Shown: positions 1 through 14,810 of the stretch, one piece after another
Layout: each line of letters begins with the position of its first letter
How positions within the stretch are numbered: the stretch's first letter is position 1
Source: Camelus dromedarius
Taxonomy: Eukaryota
DNA: 64,000 bases
Reading direction: 5' to 3'
NCBI RefSeq assembly: GCF_036321535.1
Contig: NC_087437.1
Location: 4,960,001-5,024,000, forward strand
Position numbers and translations under genes: made by a program
Notes under the pieces: generated by a model
Database searches by the model: none
What the model was told of the DNA's origin: nothing
Seen by the model: the letters and a program-made list of their open reading frames with translations, nothing else

Positions 1-329
1 ATCTTCTAGGAAAGGAGAAAGTACCAAGTACACTGCAAAGCAGTGCAGTAAGTGCTCTGACAGAAGTTCAAGTGCTCTGTGTGTGTGTGGTGGGGGGCGG
101 TATACACACATGATGCATTAGGAGTCACATGACATACCAGTCAATGAATGATATCACAAGTGGAGGCCACGAGAAATAAAAGTAACTAGGACCCCTTTGC
201 TAAGTGCGCACCATGCTGAGCTGTATGTGTTTACTGGGAAACTATGGTCAGACCCCTCCCAGAGATAGGAGATGAGTCAGGGCCTGCCCTCACACTCCTG
301 TCACACTGGAGCGCCCAGTCACTGCAGCA

Positions 330-2700
330 GGATGATAAGAAGAAATAAAAAGCATACACTTTGGGGGAAAAAAAAAGAAAGAAAACCGCCTGTATTAGCA
401 GACAACATGACTGTCTATGCAGAAAGTCCCACAGACATCTCCAAAATAGTTTCCAGAACTAATGAGTAAGTTTAGCAAATTCACAGAACACAACTGTATT
501 TCTACATACCAACAATGAACTAGAAATAAAATTTTTTCAGGTGGTACCATTTATAATAGCGCCCCCAAAGTTGAAATACTAAGGTGTAATTTAACAAAAT
601 ATGTGCAAAATCCATATGCTAAAAATTATAAGGTATTGATAAAGGAAACCAAAGGACTAAATAAATGAAGAGAGATGCCACATTCACCCACTGGAAGACT
701 CATTATTGTTAAGATTTCAATCTTTCCTCATTTAATCTATAGATTCAATGTAATTCCAATCAAAGTCCCAATGGTGTTTGTAGAAATGAATAAACAAGAT
801 TCAAAAATGAATATGGAAAGGCAGTGAAAAGAGCCAAAACAGGTTTTAAAAAGAATGAAGTTGGAGGAGTCACACTTCTAGAAAGCCACAGTAATCAAAA
901 CAGTGTGACACCGGACAAAGAGCAGACATACAGATCTGATGGAAGGGAAGAGTCCAGAAACATATCCACACACACGTGGTCAACTGACTTTTGACAAAGG
1001 TGCAAAAGGCAGTTCAACAGAGAAAAAAAATCTTTCCAACAAATGGTCTGAAACCAAAATTCACCATTAACTCAAAATGGATCACAGACCTGAATGTACA
1101 ATCTGAAACTGTAAAATTTCTAGAAGAAAATACAGGAAGAAATCTTTGTGATCTTGTTGAAGGCAAAGATTTCTCAGAGATAATATCAAAAGTACAATCT
1201 AAACAAAGATATATTTTTAAAAAATTCATCAAAGAAAAGAATTTCTGTTCTTTAAAGGACATCACTAAAAGAGTGAAAAATACAGGCCACTCAGACTGAG
1301 AGAAATTAGATATGTGACAAAGGATTTATGCCCAAAATAAAGAACTCCTACAACTCAGTAATAGGAAAATCCAATTTTTTAGATGGGCAAAAGATGTAGA
1401 CAATTTGACACTTCAACAAAGACTATAGACATGAAAATATATGGACATTAATCATTAGAAAACCACAATATAAAATACAATGATATACTATTAGATACCT
1501 ACGAAAATTACTTAAAAAAAAAAAAAACTGACAAAACCAAATGCTAGAGAGGATGAAGAACAAGGGAACACTCTCACACATGACTGGTGGGAATGCAAAA
1601 CTGTATAGCCACTTTGGAAAACAAATGCTTATAGTTGCTCATAGTTATATATATAATTAATGTGGAACCTACACCAACAATCTTACTCCTAGGTATTAAT
1701 CCAGTAAAATAAAAATTTATGCTCAAAAAGAATCTGTAGATGAATGTTTATACTGGCTTTATTTGTAACCTCCAAAACCTGGAAATAATCCAAACATTCC
1801 GCAACTAGAGAATGGATAAATGAAGTGTGGTAAATCCATATAACGGAATACAACTCAGCAATAAAAAAGGAAACAATCAAGAACTGAACATACCAACAAC
1901 ACACACAAATCTTAAATGCATTATGCTAAGCAGAAGGCTGCATCCTGAGCAGTTCCTTCTTACAACATTCTGCAAAAGGCAAAACCTTAAGGACAGAAAA
2001 GAGAGAAGTAGTTGCTAGGAGCTGGGGACCTGGGGAGGGTGAACACAAAGGGGCAGGAAGGGATTTCTAGGGGTGACAGAGTGTTCCACATCTGGATTGT
2101 GGTGGTCATTACGTGACTCTATGTGTTTGTAAAAACTCACAAAACCATTACATTAATAAGGGTAAATTTTACTATATCTAACTTACACCTTAATAAAAAA
2201 AGAAAAACTACAAAGATACTAGAAGCCACATATCAGTGTTTTAAGAAAAACAGTCTCCTAATAGGGAAGACACAAAAACTTGAAGACATAAAAATCCACA
2301 AACAAATTCCTGCATTAAAAAATTAAACCAGAAAGTGAAACAACTGACAGACATTAGTGGAAAAAAAAAAAAAACAAAAAACAAAACAGAATCCACTATT
2401 AAAACAGGCAAAAAATAGAAGCAAACAGTTCATAGAAGGAAAGGAACCACAGTGTCTCAAACATATGAAGAGACACTCAACCTCATAAGATACATTCAAA
2501 TTAAACCACATGGATGTACCACTGTTCATCCTAAAACAGTAGGTCCTAGGGTGAATGAAGTAGTAACGTAATTCCTGTGGGAAAGCAACTGTCAGTATCT
2601 AGCTAAACTGTGAATGCATATTCCACTGATATGGAAATACACTTTCAGGACATGTTTTTAAGTGCAAAAAGCAAGTTGCATTACAGTCTATAGGCTGATG
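330..2700 (+). mobile_element. Old L1 (L1M-type) ORF2 3' part and 3' UTR fragments
   Basis: Translates to INSKWITDLNV..TVKFLEENTG; L1M 3' UTR motifs and an aataaaaaaa end near 2190. Confidence 0.85.
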
Positions 2701-2720
2701 CCCTCTGTGTAAGAAGACAA

Positions 2721-3136
2721 TGTCCACAAGGACCGAGTCACGGCAGTCGCTGGCCTTTCACACACCCTGAAAGGAGTTCAGGGTGGAGATCGGGAAGGAG
2801 GTGCTCCGTGCTCTGGGAAAAACTGGCCGAACAGGCCTTCAGAGTTAGATAATTTTAGGAGAAAATTTTATGAACCCCAAACTATTACATCTTCCCAAAC
2901 TTAGAAAGGCACTAAAACCATTAACTGATATGTCTCTGCCTCGTGATTACAAGCAACCTTCTACTGAGATGTGTGCCTGGTCGCATGCACACCCTCTGCC
3001 AAAATCACATATATACCCGCCTCCCCCTCACCTCTCTGGAGCAGTTTCTCAGAGCTATCTAAGCTGTCTAAACCTGTCTCCCAGGCTGAATAAACTCGAC
3101 TCGCAGCTTTTGTGTTGTGTGTTTTCAAGTCAAACA
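2721..3136 (+). mobile_element. Solo ERV LTR (ERV1-like)
   Basis: TG...CA termini about 415 bp apart, with a TATA-like tatata and an AATAAA near the 3' end; no clean TSD. Confidence 0.6.
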
Positions 3137-3400
3137 AGAGAAGAAGACGACATGTTTGTATTTGCTTTTATCTGCATAGAGAACACTAAGGATACAGGGG
3201 AAACTGACACGGTTATTCATTTGGAATGTGCTGTACAAATTCTACTCATGAGACACAAAGTGGCAAAAACACTTCTTGAGTATACCTTTATCTGGTTTTG
3301 ATTATTAAACCATGTAGGGTAGGAAAAGAAAGTCGGAGGAGAAAGAGGAATTCATCCTATACTTGACACATTTGCACAGGAACATAGTGATATATGTAGC

Positions 3401-4075
3401 TGTAATATAATAAAGAATTTGACCAGTCTTTGTCCTGGGTACCTGGGAACTTCTAAACCTTTGGAATTTCCTGAGTGACAGAAGTGTCTTTGTTATTCGT
3501 GGTGAGCTCCAAGGACCATACACTGGTTTATGCTCATGAGGAGACTCAGGCAGGTCCCTAGATTGTTCCAGATTGGGGTGGACCATGCTGGAAAGAAGCA
3601 CCATGTGACAAGACTGGGGCTGTGCCATGTGACATTAGCCAGACCTCCTGAACTCCAGGGAAGGGAGGGGGGCTGGAGAATGAGTCCAATCATGTGGCCA
3701 ATGATTCAACTCATCACACCTACAAACTGAATCCCCTGAAATAAATAATCTTGACACTGAAGCCTCAATATGCTAAGGGGGTGATCCATTTTGAAGATGT
3801 GGAAACAGTGGGGGACCCTCTCAGACCTCACCTTTTGCTGGTTTGGATTTCTATCCCTTTGCTATAATAAAACTGTAATCCTACTAAGTACAGCACTTTC
3901 CTGAGTTCTGGCAGTCATTCTGGAAAATGATCAAACCTGAGTGGGTAGTGGGAGGCCCCAAATTTAGAAAGGTGGCCTAGGGACCCCAGAGCTGCAGTCG
4001 GAGTCTGAGGTGAGGGCAGTCTTGCGAAGACCCAGGCCCTCACCCTGTGATGGCTGCAGAAGTGCACTGTGGCAG
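3401..4075 (+). mobile_element. MER21-like ERVL LTR
   Basis: ggaatttcctgagtgacagaagtgtctttg and gggaagggagggggctggaga motifs; aataaaactgtaat. Similar to the copy at 23.3 kb. Confidence 0.75.
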
Positions 4076-5514
4076 GTGGTTATTGACTGCAGCGCTGTCT
4101 GCATTAGCAAAAGAACCACCTAGGTATCAACAGGGAACTGGGTGTGTAACAAGAAAATACTAAGCAGCTATAATTGATTAAAAAAACTCCTTAAGTACCG
4201 ATAAGGAACGAACTCAAGATCCTGGAGGTAGAGAAGTAAATAAGATGCACAACAGTGTGTCTGACATACTATCTATTTTGTAAAAGGCAGAGTAACAGGT
4301 ATTTGTTTATGTAATGATAAAATAAATCTCTATGGATAAAAAGAAAATAATACTGATTGTTTACAGTAAGGGAAAACCAGGCAACTTAGGGGTGATGCAG
4401 ATAGAGGAATAGGGGAATATTTTTACATTATATCCTTTTTAGTCTAAAATAAAATCATATGACTATCCTTTAAAATTAAATTTAAAAGCTACACAGATGA
4501 ATCAGATGCATACCAATGGTAAGAATTATTTAGAACAATGCTTCACTCAACACTGGAAATGTAATCCACTCCTTTGACAAATAATTCAGATTACTTGAAT
4601 ATCCAAAGGGCATAATGATAAATCAACTTGGTGTTATATGATGCAACCATTAAAAATCATAACTAGGAAGATTACGTAGCAACTCGGTGAAGCGTGACAC
4701 TAGAATGAGATGAAGCTGGGTCTGAACTCAAAGACAGGCACCCCAGTTAATAATATGTCCTTGACAAAACATTTTTTATGAAATAACAATAGAGCTCCCT
4801 TGCACGGCTGTGAGGAGTCACGTTAATACATAAAAAGCATCTAGTGCAATATATTTTGCTAAATGAAAAGGTTATAAAACTGCACAGACTCTCCATTTAG
4901 AATGATGCATCACTCATTCACTCCAAGTTACTGAGTTTTGACTCTGCTCGGTGCTGGTAACAAAGAGCCCAGCACCATTGCAAAGGGTTACAATTTAGGA
5001 AAGCAGACGAGGACACAATGTGCTTATGACAGAAGGAGCCACAGGGATAACTGAGAAAGCCCAGGTCTAAAAAGGGGGCAGGAAGAAAATGTTCGTAAGC
5101 CCTTGATGAATGAAAAACAGGATACAGTCACAGAGAAAGCGCAAGAAACCCAACCTAGAGGAGTAGCGTGAACTGAGCGGGTGTGCGCATGAGTGCTGTC
5201 AGGTATCCCTTCTGCCAGGACGGCTCAGTCTTCCTTAAACGACAAGTTGGCCAAATAAAGGTAAAAAGGCATTTATAATAGAGGGCAAGATGCAAAACAA
5301 TAGAAAGCGACACACTACGGGTATAAATAAAAACTGATACAGCCTCTGTGGAGGGCAGCTGATAATATCCAGCAAAATTCCACGTACACACCACTAAAAA
5401 AGATCTCCAAAATACATCAACTGGAGGGGAAGTACACAACAATCAGGTAAGCCACACTGTGTGTTAAAACCAAGGAGAAAATCAGAACAGATGTGTAAGG
5501 CTTGGCTTGTCTGT

Positions 5515-5800
5515 TGTAAAACCCGCATCACCAGTACCCATTTCTATAGTCTCCACTGCATCACAGGCCAGAAGTCCGGAACTACATTTCCCAGAATCCC
5601 TCTTCTCCAATGATTCAAGGACAGTCTTGTCGGCCAATGAGGGACACTGCAAAATTTAAAAAGGAGAAGCTATTGTCTGATGGCAACTGTGTGTAAACGC
5701 ATGGGCAGACAACAGGCATAGGGTCTGACGGCCTGCTGCCTGAGAATCACCTGCTTTTTCCAGACTCAATATTGTACAAGGTCAATTTTCCAAATTAAAT
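5515..5800 (+). mobile_element. Old ERVL LTR fragment (LTR33/LTR16-like)
   Basis: Characteristic aactacatttcccagaatccc motif. Confidence 0.5.
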
Positions 5801-5899
5801 CCATAATTCTATGGAATACCCATCAAGTTTGAGTTTCCGTGGTAATTCGAATTTTTTTAAATGTGTAAGAAAAATCGAAGGGTAAGGAAGTTAATTTTG

Positions 5900-7130
5900 A
5901 AGAAAAATGTGAACTTCACAGCATATACAAAGATAAAATTCCAGGTGGGTCAAAAAATTGTGGGTAAAAAGATTGCAAATTTTTAGAAGAAACAGAATAT
6001 TTCTTAGCATCTTGATGGGTTTCCTACACAAGAAAGGAAAAAAGATCACAAAGATTGCTTAGTATGATTATATCGTAATTTGAAATTTCTGAGCAAGACT
6101 CCAACACACTGAGAAAAGACTAGCAACATACTGAGATGTACATATAACAAAACCAACAATTAAAATTAACATATGTATATACACACATACATACACACAC
6201 AACTGCACTGTAAGGGGGAAGAAAACAGGCAGCTCACACAAAAAATTCCAATTGGTCAAAACATATAAAATATATTTAACCTCAGTAGGAACCTGGGAAA
6301 TACAAATTAAAACAAGATACTACTTCATACCCATCAAACTGTAAAAACTGAAATCAAACTAGAGCAATTACCAACAAGTTTGAGAGTAAAGAGACAATGT
6401 AATTGGTGCAACCATTCTGGAGAAAATAAAAATGAGATAGTAAACATGTATATCTGCTGTGACTCAGAAAGTCTACTTCCACACCTCAGCCTCGGAGAAA
6501 CTTGGAGACACACCAGAATACCCACTGCGGCATTATCTGTAATTGCTCAAATCTGGAAACTACCTGACTGCAGTATGTTGGGGGAATAACCACATTCATT
6601 TGTATGAGATACAGCAATTGTAATAAAGGTATCACCATGAATAAATTGTAAAAACAATGTTGCAAAAAATACACAGTAAAACATTTAAAAATTTAGGAAA
6701 TACAAACAGTACATTTTTTTAATTTAATTTTTATTTATTTTTGGGGGGAGGGGGTAATTAGGTTTATTTATTTATTTAATGGAGGTACTAGGGATTGAAC
6801 CCAGCACCTCGTGCATGCTAAGCACGTGCTCTACCACTGGGCTATACCCTCCTCCCCCAAATAGTACATGTTTATGATATTGTTTATGGATATACAAATG
6901 CAGCATAAGTGCAAAAACCTGAATGCTATAAGTCAACCTTCAAGATGGTTACCTGGGGAAGGATGAGATTGGGCTCTAGCTTATATATAACTATTTTATT
7001 ATTTAAAACACACAAAGCAAATAGAGCAAAGTATTAACATCTGTGTCTTCCTGGTGATAGGTATTTAAGCTTCTAGTGAATTATATTTTATCCTGTGTCT
7101 GAAATTTTCAATCTAACTAAAAAATATTTT
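5900..7130 (+). mobile_element. Degenerate L1ME-type fragments, interrupted by a SINE
   Basis: A-rich L1 3' region motifs (aaatacaaattaaaacaagatactac, ggtgcaaccattctgg). Confidence 0.6.
6715..6857 (-). mobile_element. Camelid vic-1-like tRNA-derived SINE
   Basis: tRNA-like head with A/B boxes and A-rich tail; TSD caaacagtacat (6703-6714) / caaatagtacat (6858-6869). Confidence 0.85.
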
Positions 7131-9849
7131 TCTAAAGCAATCATTCTGCTTGGCTTCAGTGTAGAAGATAAGGTGAAACAGGCAAGACTGGAGAGGGCAG
7201 ACTGGGCAGGGGACGGCTGCAGAGACCCCAGGGGGAGACAGAGCAGCCTACACTGAGCACGGAAGTGGGGAGGAGAGAGGCCTGCTACGTGCACACACAG
7301 GTCGGGACTAGACCGTTCTTTACACACTCATGCAAGCCTCAGATGCCTGAGTCATTTTCTTTTTAAGATCTCCTGTCTTGTTGAAATGCCTGTGCATACA
7401 CAATAACTCAAAAGGTCCTCCAATGTCAGCTTGATCTGGGAGCTGCCTTATAAAATTCAAGGTCAATTAATTACATCACCTTCTAGTTAGTGAACTAAGG
7501 CTTCCTTTCCACTTACTTATATAAAAAAATCAAAGCCTGAGGCGCCTCTACCCAGAACTCGGCACTACTGTTACTAACTCTGGTTCACAGTGTTATCATC
7601 ACCATGTCCACATTACCAACACAAGGCACCAAAGGCACATCCTTGTCAATCTGCACCACAACTTGTCACTTTCACTATCTGTGTATCACATGAAGGATGA
7701 CAGCTCATAAACAAAGTCTGAAATTCATCATCTCTAATCATCATCTGAAAATAATCCTACAGACCTAGGCTTTAACAGCCATTAACATCGGATCCAAACA
7801 GAATCACAGGCAAAAACACTGCAAATTCAAAAAGACATGTAAGAACACCTAGATAATGAGTCAACCCCACTAAACAATGTCCTGATACATACATACAATT
7901 TGAACCTGAGGATAGTCTTTCATCAAAACTAGTATTTCAGACAATTCCCTGCAGATGCAGTCACAAACGTTCACAGAACATACAGACACATGACAACGCA
8001 AACAGACCCATCTCTGACTAAGAAAGCAGGCCCCAAGGTCCACCAGGCGACCATTCCACTGCCCAGCACAAAGCGCTGCAGTTAGACACCAGGACCCTGA
8101 GAAACACCTGATGCACGTACAGCTATCAGATAACTACCAAAAACATGCTAGGCCCCGGAAGCCATTTGCATGTATAGTTTGTTTTTTGTTTAAATACTGA
8201 AGTAATGCAACTTTTAGAACTGAACACTAGTTTCTTTTACGGCTGTATGCTTATCAGCATAAACTGCCTACGAGGGACGGGACGGGAGGGAAAGGTGCTC
8301 GGTTCACCGTCTGCTCTACTTGCGTTTACACAGAGCTGTTTTTCAGTCTGTAATGCCAAACTCCCCACATGTCTTTTCATGATACTTGGGAAAAGGAAAA
8401 ATAATTTGTCTCTATTAACTCTGAAGTAGAGACAAAAATTTGTCTTTTGAGAAATCACTCATTTTTAGAGGCAAACTATGTAACTTGGGCTGTTTGCTTG
8501 ACAGCACTCTTATTCAGTGTGTGACAGAGACATGCTCTTTCTGGGCACTGGTGCCACTGAACATAGTTGTTAATACTGACCCATCATCATTTTTGCATTT
8601 CTTCTCTTTTTAGTCCTTTATAGAACAACTTCTCCTCTTTTGCTCCTGCTCTGAGCATTTGCCCTGCTTTTATCTTGTACTAGATGAAGTCATGTGCAAC
8701 TAACTCTGACCTTTGACTTACATACGTGAACTACTGCCCAGATAATCACTCTCTGGTAGTTACACGACATGGTCATGTTTGAGTCAGGACAGATCTAGGA
8801 TTAGACCTGTGACCCTGATAACATCACCAACTTCTCTGAGTCTGAATCTTCTTAACTTTAATAAGAATAATGCCAGCCACATACCTCAAATTCACGTAAG
8901 TACTCAGTACCCTTTAAAATCTCAGCAACATATATCCCATCCCCACTTTCTCCTCCTTCCCTCCATCCATCCCAGAGTAGCTGCTCTGACTCTCATCTTT
9001 AAGGACCAATGCAGGAGAGGAGAACTTCGGAGGTGAGAATCATCTTTCTAGAGCACATAGAGGTACATCAGGGAGCAACCAAGAGGGGAGAAGAGGTGGG
9101 TGAAGAAGAGGCCAGCGCTCTGAGCACTACTCAACCACGAGAGTTCCGTCTTGGTCATAAGATACTGGTACATACCACAGGCTGCATTTGGTAAAGACCC
9201 AGGGGCTTTTAAAAAATGAATTCTGAAAACTCACCAGTGCTGCCAATCCCACCTTTCCTCAGTACCAATACAGACACCCAAAAACTGCACCTTCAAGGGC
9301 CAATGCAGTGGCTGTCTTCTTCAAGGCTCACTTCTTCCCCGCGAGAGGGTCTGCCCAGAACACAGCCCTCATAGCCGTATCTCAGCTCTCAAGTGACCAG
9401 TCTCGCTCAAGGCTCCAGCCCTAGCACGTCTGCAGCAAGGTGAACTCACGCAAGACGCTGGCCGCGGCTGACACACGCCGGGGAGGGGTGTGTGTGGGCT
9501 GGGGGGGGTGGGCACTGAATCCCAGCTGGACAGGAGTGCAGCTGAGCAGCACGAATCGGGACCCAGCACTTACAGCGGGCCTCACTCCTCTTGTGGCATC
9601 TTACTACCCCTATCGCCAGCGAGGGATGAGTCTCTCCTGGTTCACTTACAAACTCCCAGGGGATGCTGACTGGCCTATGTGAAGGGATGTGGGCAGGTAA
9701 CCAAGTAGTGGAGAACTCCAGGAAGTCCCATTAGAACCATGTGGTAAGGGACAGAGAGAGGGACAGACAGAACCCCAAAATAGGGTGATACAGTCCCCAG
9801 AAGACACTGACATGGTAGGCAGGCAAAACACTGGAACTATTATAGTGAG

Positions 9850-9985
9850 CAGAAAAAGCAGTTTTTGGAATTAACAAGATCGTGGTTAAAAATCCTTACT
9901 TGGCCAGTTAACCAGAATAAACCTTGGGCAAGCTATCATTTCTGTATTAGTTTCCTCATGTACAAAATGAGACTAAAGTAAGATA
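9850..9985 (+). mobile_element. MIR SINE
   Basis: Core accttgggcaag...agtttcctcatgtacaaaatgag. Confidence 0.55.
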
Positions 9986-11258
9986 TAAAAACAAAAAATT
10001 CAAAAAATTCATATAGTTTTAGTATATAAAAGGCATAAAGACAGAAATGTTTTATTAGGTCAATGTCATTGTATTTCACTTTTTTCACCAGTGAATTCAG
10101 AAACAATCACATATATGTTTACATACTCGTATTAAGTGTTTATGAAAGTTCTTAGCATATAACAGGGACTCTTCCGTCACTCAGAATCACAGAATTTCAG
10201 GGGAATCAAGCTGATGTTTGATTATTTCCAGGAAGAAGTACTCTAGGCCACCTGTACACTAGAAGCCTGCTTTCAGTGAGCTCTATCGCTTCCTGTAGTT
10301 TCCAGCACCAGCTCTTAGTGTGCCACAGACGAGAGACACCCACTCCTGCTCCCAACAGCAGGCCCCCCAACCCCGCCCAACTTCACCTTCCCAGCTCTCC
10401 ACTCCTATTTGCCTTAATCAATCCCTATCACGTGATCTCAAGTGTGTGTCCCACCTGAACATGCACCTGTAGCCAGAAGCGTGACAGCACAGGTGTGGGA
10501 GAAGTCAGCATCATGGCCTCTCTGTCACACCCCTTGCATCAACGCATCAATGCTACACTTCCTTCCATCACATGTGCTGGTAACACCGGCAAACTGTGCC
10601 CCTCAGCCCCTTCTGTCAACAATATTCTGTTGGGACTAGTTTGGGATGAAAGGACAGGGATCTTACATTTCTCCCTATTCACTCCCCTTTGATTCATTGA
10701 TCAAAGCAGGCTGCCCAGGTCAACCCTCTTAGTCCCTTAATCTGTCCTCCCAAGTCCGCACTATCTGAGACAGTCAACACTGATGTTCAGTTTATCTCTG
10801 GGTTGCTTCCTTCCTTCCCACGCCCCCAACACCAGGGTGGGGTCACAGAACCTGCTCTGACCAATTAAATGTGAGCTGAAGTGACGTGATGGAGCCTGAG
10901 GGCTGACAGGCCTTCGTGAGGTTCCCAGTGTTCCAGAAGGTAGACGCCCCAGACTGGGTTCCTGCAGGAGGACAGCATAAAGCTGAGACCTCACTGACCT
11001 AAGAACGGACATGTCATATAGGCACTAAATCCGCCTCTTTTGCTTTTCAGTACTGAGATTCGGAGGTCATCACTACAGTGAAACCGAGCCCATCCCCCAG
11101 CTAGCACACTACCCCTCCCGTGTCTGCGCCTTCTGCAAGTGTGATGACGAGGCCGAGTCTCACACAACCCGATCAAGTAGGAGGTTTCACCCACAAAAAG
11201 AAAAAGTTAGGCTGTTCTGCTTTCTTTTTGAACACACAATGAGTTTTGGCTAATTCTT

Positions 11259-11387
11259 TTTTGGGGGGTGGTGGCTAGGTTGGGTTTTTATTTATTTATT
11301 CATTTATTTAATGGAGGGACTAGGGGTTGAACCCAGGGCCTCGTGCATGCTAAGCACGCCCTCTTCTACTAAGGTGTACCCTCCCTC
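11259..11387 (-). mobile_element. vic-1-like SINE
   Basis: Same head and tail; flanking direct repeat gctaattctt (11249-11258 and 11396-11405). Confidence 0.85.
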
Positions 11388-12879
11388 TAATTTCAGCTAA
11401 TTCTTAATGTTCGTGCTTCACCTCTCCTGGAAACAGTAATTCTTTAAATAATTTATTCTGCATTCTCACCTGAGAGCTACATCAAGCTCCATCTACTCTG
11501 AAAAATGGAGTAGCCCTTCCCTGTCTCAAGTCCTCAGGTGCCTCTCTCCTTAACTCAATCAGGCCTGAAAACATGAAATGTAATTTAGAGAATTCATTTT
11601 CAAGTTCTCACAACCCAAAGATATAATTCATTTCAGTCCAGAGTAAATCGGTGCTCTTTAATCATCGCTCTGGATTCCGCTTCCCTCATCCTGTTCCTCC
11701 TTCTCACCATTGTGCTTTAACCCAAAGACTGACCTGTCCTGAGCATGGCCAGTCAGAGGGATCCTCTCTTTCAGATATATTACTCATGTCTTCCCGCACT
11801 GGGCTAGTCTCACCATCCTGTGCCATCCACTCACTGCTTAAAAGTTATTCAACATTTACCAAGCATCTACCCTGCACTAGGCAACTGTTTGGTCTGGGAT
11901 GTGATCTCTGCCTTCAAGGAATTTACAGTTGAAAATGTCAACTGAACACTAGAGACGTGGATAAGAGCAACAACGCAAGGGGTCTTGAAGGCCTTACTTA
12001 AGTAGTATAAAACAGGGCCAAGGAACATAAACTGTGAAATCAGACAGCCCTGGTCTCAATTTCCCCATCTATAAAACTGGGATAATTTAATAGCAAAGAA
12101 CTGTTCGAAGAATTAAATCAGACAACACAAGTAATAGACTTAGCTATATTTAATGCTAACACTACCCTGAAGATAATGGTTAATAACTGAAAAAACGGAC
12201 ACACTGACTATTTATATTTTAGAAATATTATGCTTTGGATCCACTAGCAAGAATAAAGGATGAGTATAAAGTACAGAAAGACAGTTAACAGGCTGCTGCA
12301 GTAATCAATGGTTCAGGTAGAAAGAATGAGAGAAAAATTACGAAAAAGGTTTAGTCCTAGCTCTAATAACAACTGTATAATCCTGTACAAGTTAACATCC
12401 TCTCTAGGCCTCAGTTCTCTCCTCTTAAGATCTGACCTAAATCATTCAAGTTTAATTCCAGTGTACCACCTGTTTTTAACATCTTCACATTTTATGTATC
12501 TATAATGTCGGTTACAGGCATCTCTTATATAAATATCTGTGGCAACAAAAATCAAAACTCCAAAGAATAATTAAATGCTAACAATTACCTTCAAAAGCGA
12601 GCAAAAAAAACAAAAATCATGCAATGTCAAGGACTAAAAAAAACTGCACCTGTGATGAGGCTTTCTCTGAGAGCAAAAAACAAAAACAACAACCCTATTA
12701 TAAACCTAGAAACTGAGTTAAATTTTCTTAGCAATGCAAACTGTCATCACTTGATAAACTCCCTAGCTTTCCATGGAACAGCATGAAAAACTTTCAAGAT
12801 ACATTTTCCATAGTAAAGCTTCAGATAAACAAATTTCTACATCTAATACCACTTCCTATTTTATTTCTCTACCCATTAA

Positions 12880-14810
12880 AGATGAAAGACAAGAAAAAGA
12901 AAAGATATCCAAACGGAAAGGAAGAAGAAAAATTCTCTGTTCACTGACAACATAATCTTGTATGTAGAAAACCCTAAGGAGTTCACACACAAAAAGACTA
13001 TTAGAAATAGTAAATGGATTCAGAAAAGTTGCAGGATATAAAATCAACACACAAAAATCAGTTTTTTTTAAAAAATATATACTAACAACAAAATAGAAAG
13101 GAAATTATGAAAACAATTCCATTTACAACAGCATTAAGAATGATATACTTGGAAATGAACTTAACCAAGGAGAGGGAAAGCTTGTATACCAAAAGCTATA
13201 AAACACTGCTGACAGAAATTAGACACAAATAAATGGAAAGATATGGATAGGAAGACTTAATATTGTTAAAATGTCCATACTACACAGGGCAATCGACAGA
13301 TTTAATATAATCCCTATCAAAATCCCAACTTTCTTTTTTTTACAGATTAAAAATCCATCCTAAAATTCATATGTAATCTCAAGGAACTCAAGAGCTAACA
13401 CAATCTTGGAAAAAAAAAAAAAAAGAACAAATTTGGAGGTTTCACATATTTCAAAACTTCTTACAAAGCTACAGTAATCAAAACAGTGTGGAACTGGCAT
13501 GAAGGCTGACAGACAGACCAATGGAATAGAATAAAGACCAGAAATAAACTCTTGCATATATATATACTCAGCTGATTTCAACAAGGGTGCCAAGACTATT
13601 CAATAAGAGAAAGCACAGTTTTTTCAACAAATGGTGTTGTAAATACTGGATATTCATGTGCAAAAGGATGAAGTTGGACCCCGACCTTACACCACATACA
13701 AAAATCAGCTCAAAATGGATTTAAGATCTAAATGCAAGAGCTAAAACCAACTCTTAGAAGAAAACAGGAAAAGCTTCATGATACTGAATTTTGCAATGAT
13801 TTCTTGGATATGACACCAAAAAGCACAGGCAATAAAAGGGAAAAAAAGGATACACTGAACTTAAAATTTAAAATTTTTGTGCATGATAGGACACTATCAA
13901 TGGAGTGAAAAGGCAATCTACAGAATGGGAGAAAATATTTGAAAATCATATATCTGATGAGGGATTAATATACAGAGTATATAAAGAACTCCTACAAGTC
14001 AAAAACAGTAACAAATGAAAACAACTCAATTAAAAAATGGACATTTCCCCAAAGATATACAAATGGTAATAAGCACATGAAAGGATGCTCAATGTCACTA
14101 ATCACTAGGGAACTACAAATCAAAACCACAAAATACCACTTAACAGATATCAGAATGGCTATTAAGAAAACAAACAGAAAATAACAAATGTTGGTGAGGT
14201 GCGAAGAAATGGAAACTTGTGCATTGCTGGTGAGAATGTAAAATATATACAGCCATCAATGCATAATCACAGTATAGCATTTCCTCAAAAAATTAAAACA
14301 CAGAATTACCATAGGACCCAGCAATTCCATTTCTGGGGATCTGCCCGAAAGAACTGAAAGTAGGGACTCAAACAGATATTTATCCACCCACATTCATAGC
14401 ATCATCATTCACAAGAGCCTAAAGGACACTTGGAAAGCAACCCAACTGTCCATGGATGGACTAATGAACTTTTTAAATGTGGCATATACACACACTGGAG
14501 TGTGTTTCAGCCTTAGAAAGCTATTTTAACACACGCTACAACGTGGATGAATCTTGAAGACAAGTGAAATAAGTCAATCACAAAAGGACAAATATATGAT
14601 TCCAGTTATATGAAGCAGAATGGTGTCTGGCAGAGGTGGGGGGATGAAGGAATGGGGAGTTAATGTTTAATGGTACAGTTTCACTGTGTCAATGTTCTGC
14701 AGATGGGGGGTAGTGATACAGTGTGAATGTATTTAATGCCACTGAATTGCACACCTTAAAATGACTAAAATGCCAAATTTTATGTTCATTTTACCACAAT
14801 AAAAACGAAT
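12880..14810 (+). mobile_element. 5'-truncated L1MA/MB element (ORF2 3' part and 3' UTR)
   Basis: Continuous ORF2-like sequence (tacaaagctacagtaatcaaaacagtgtgg; aaaatggatttaagatctaaat) ending in ttttaccacaataaaaa. Confidence 0.9.
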
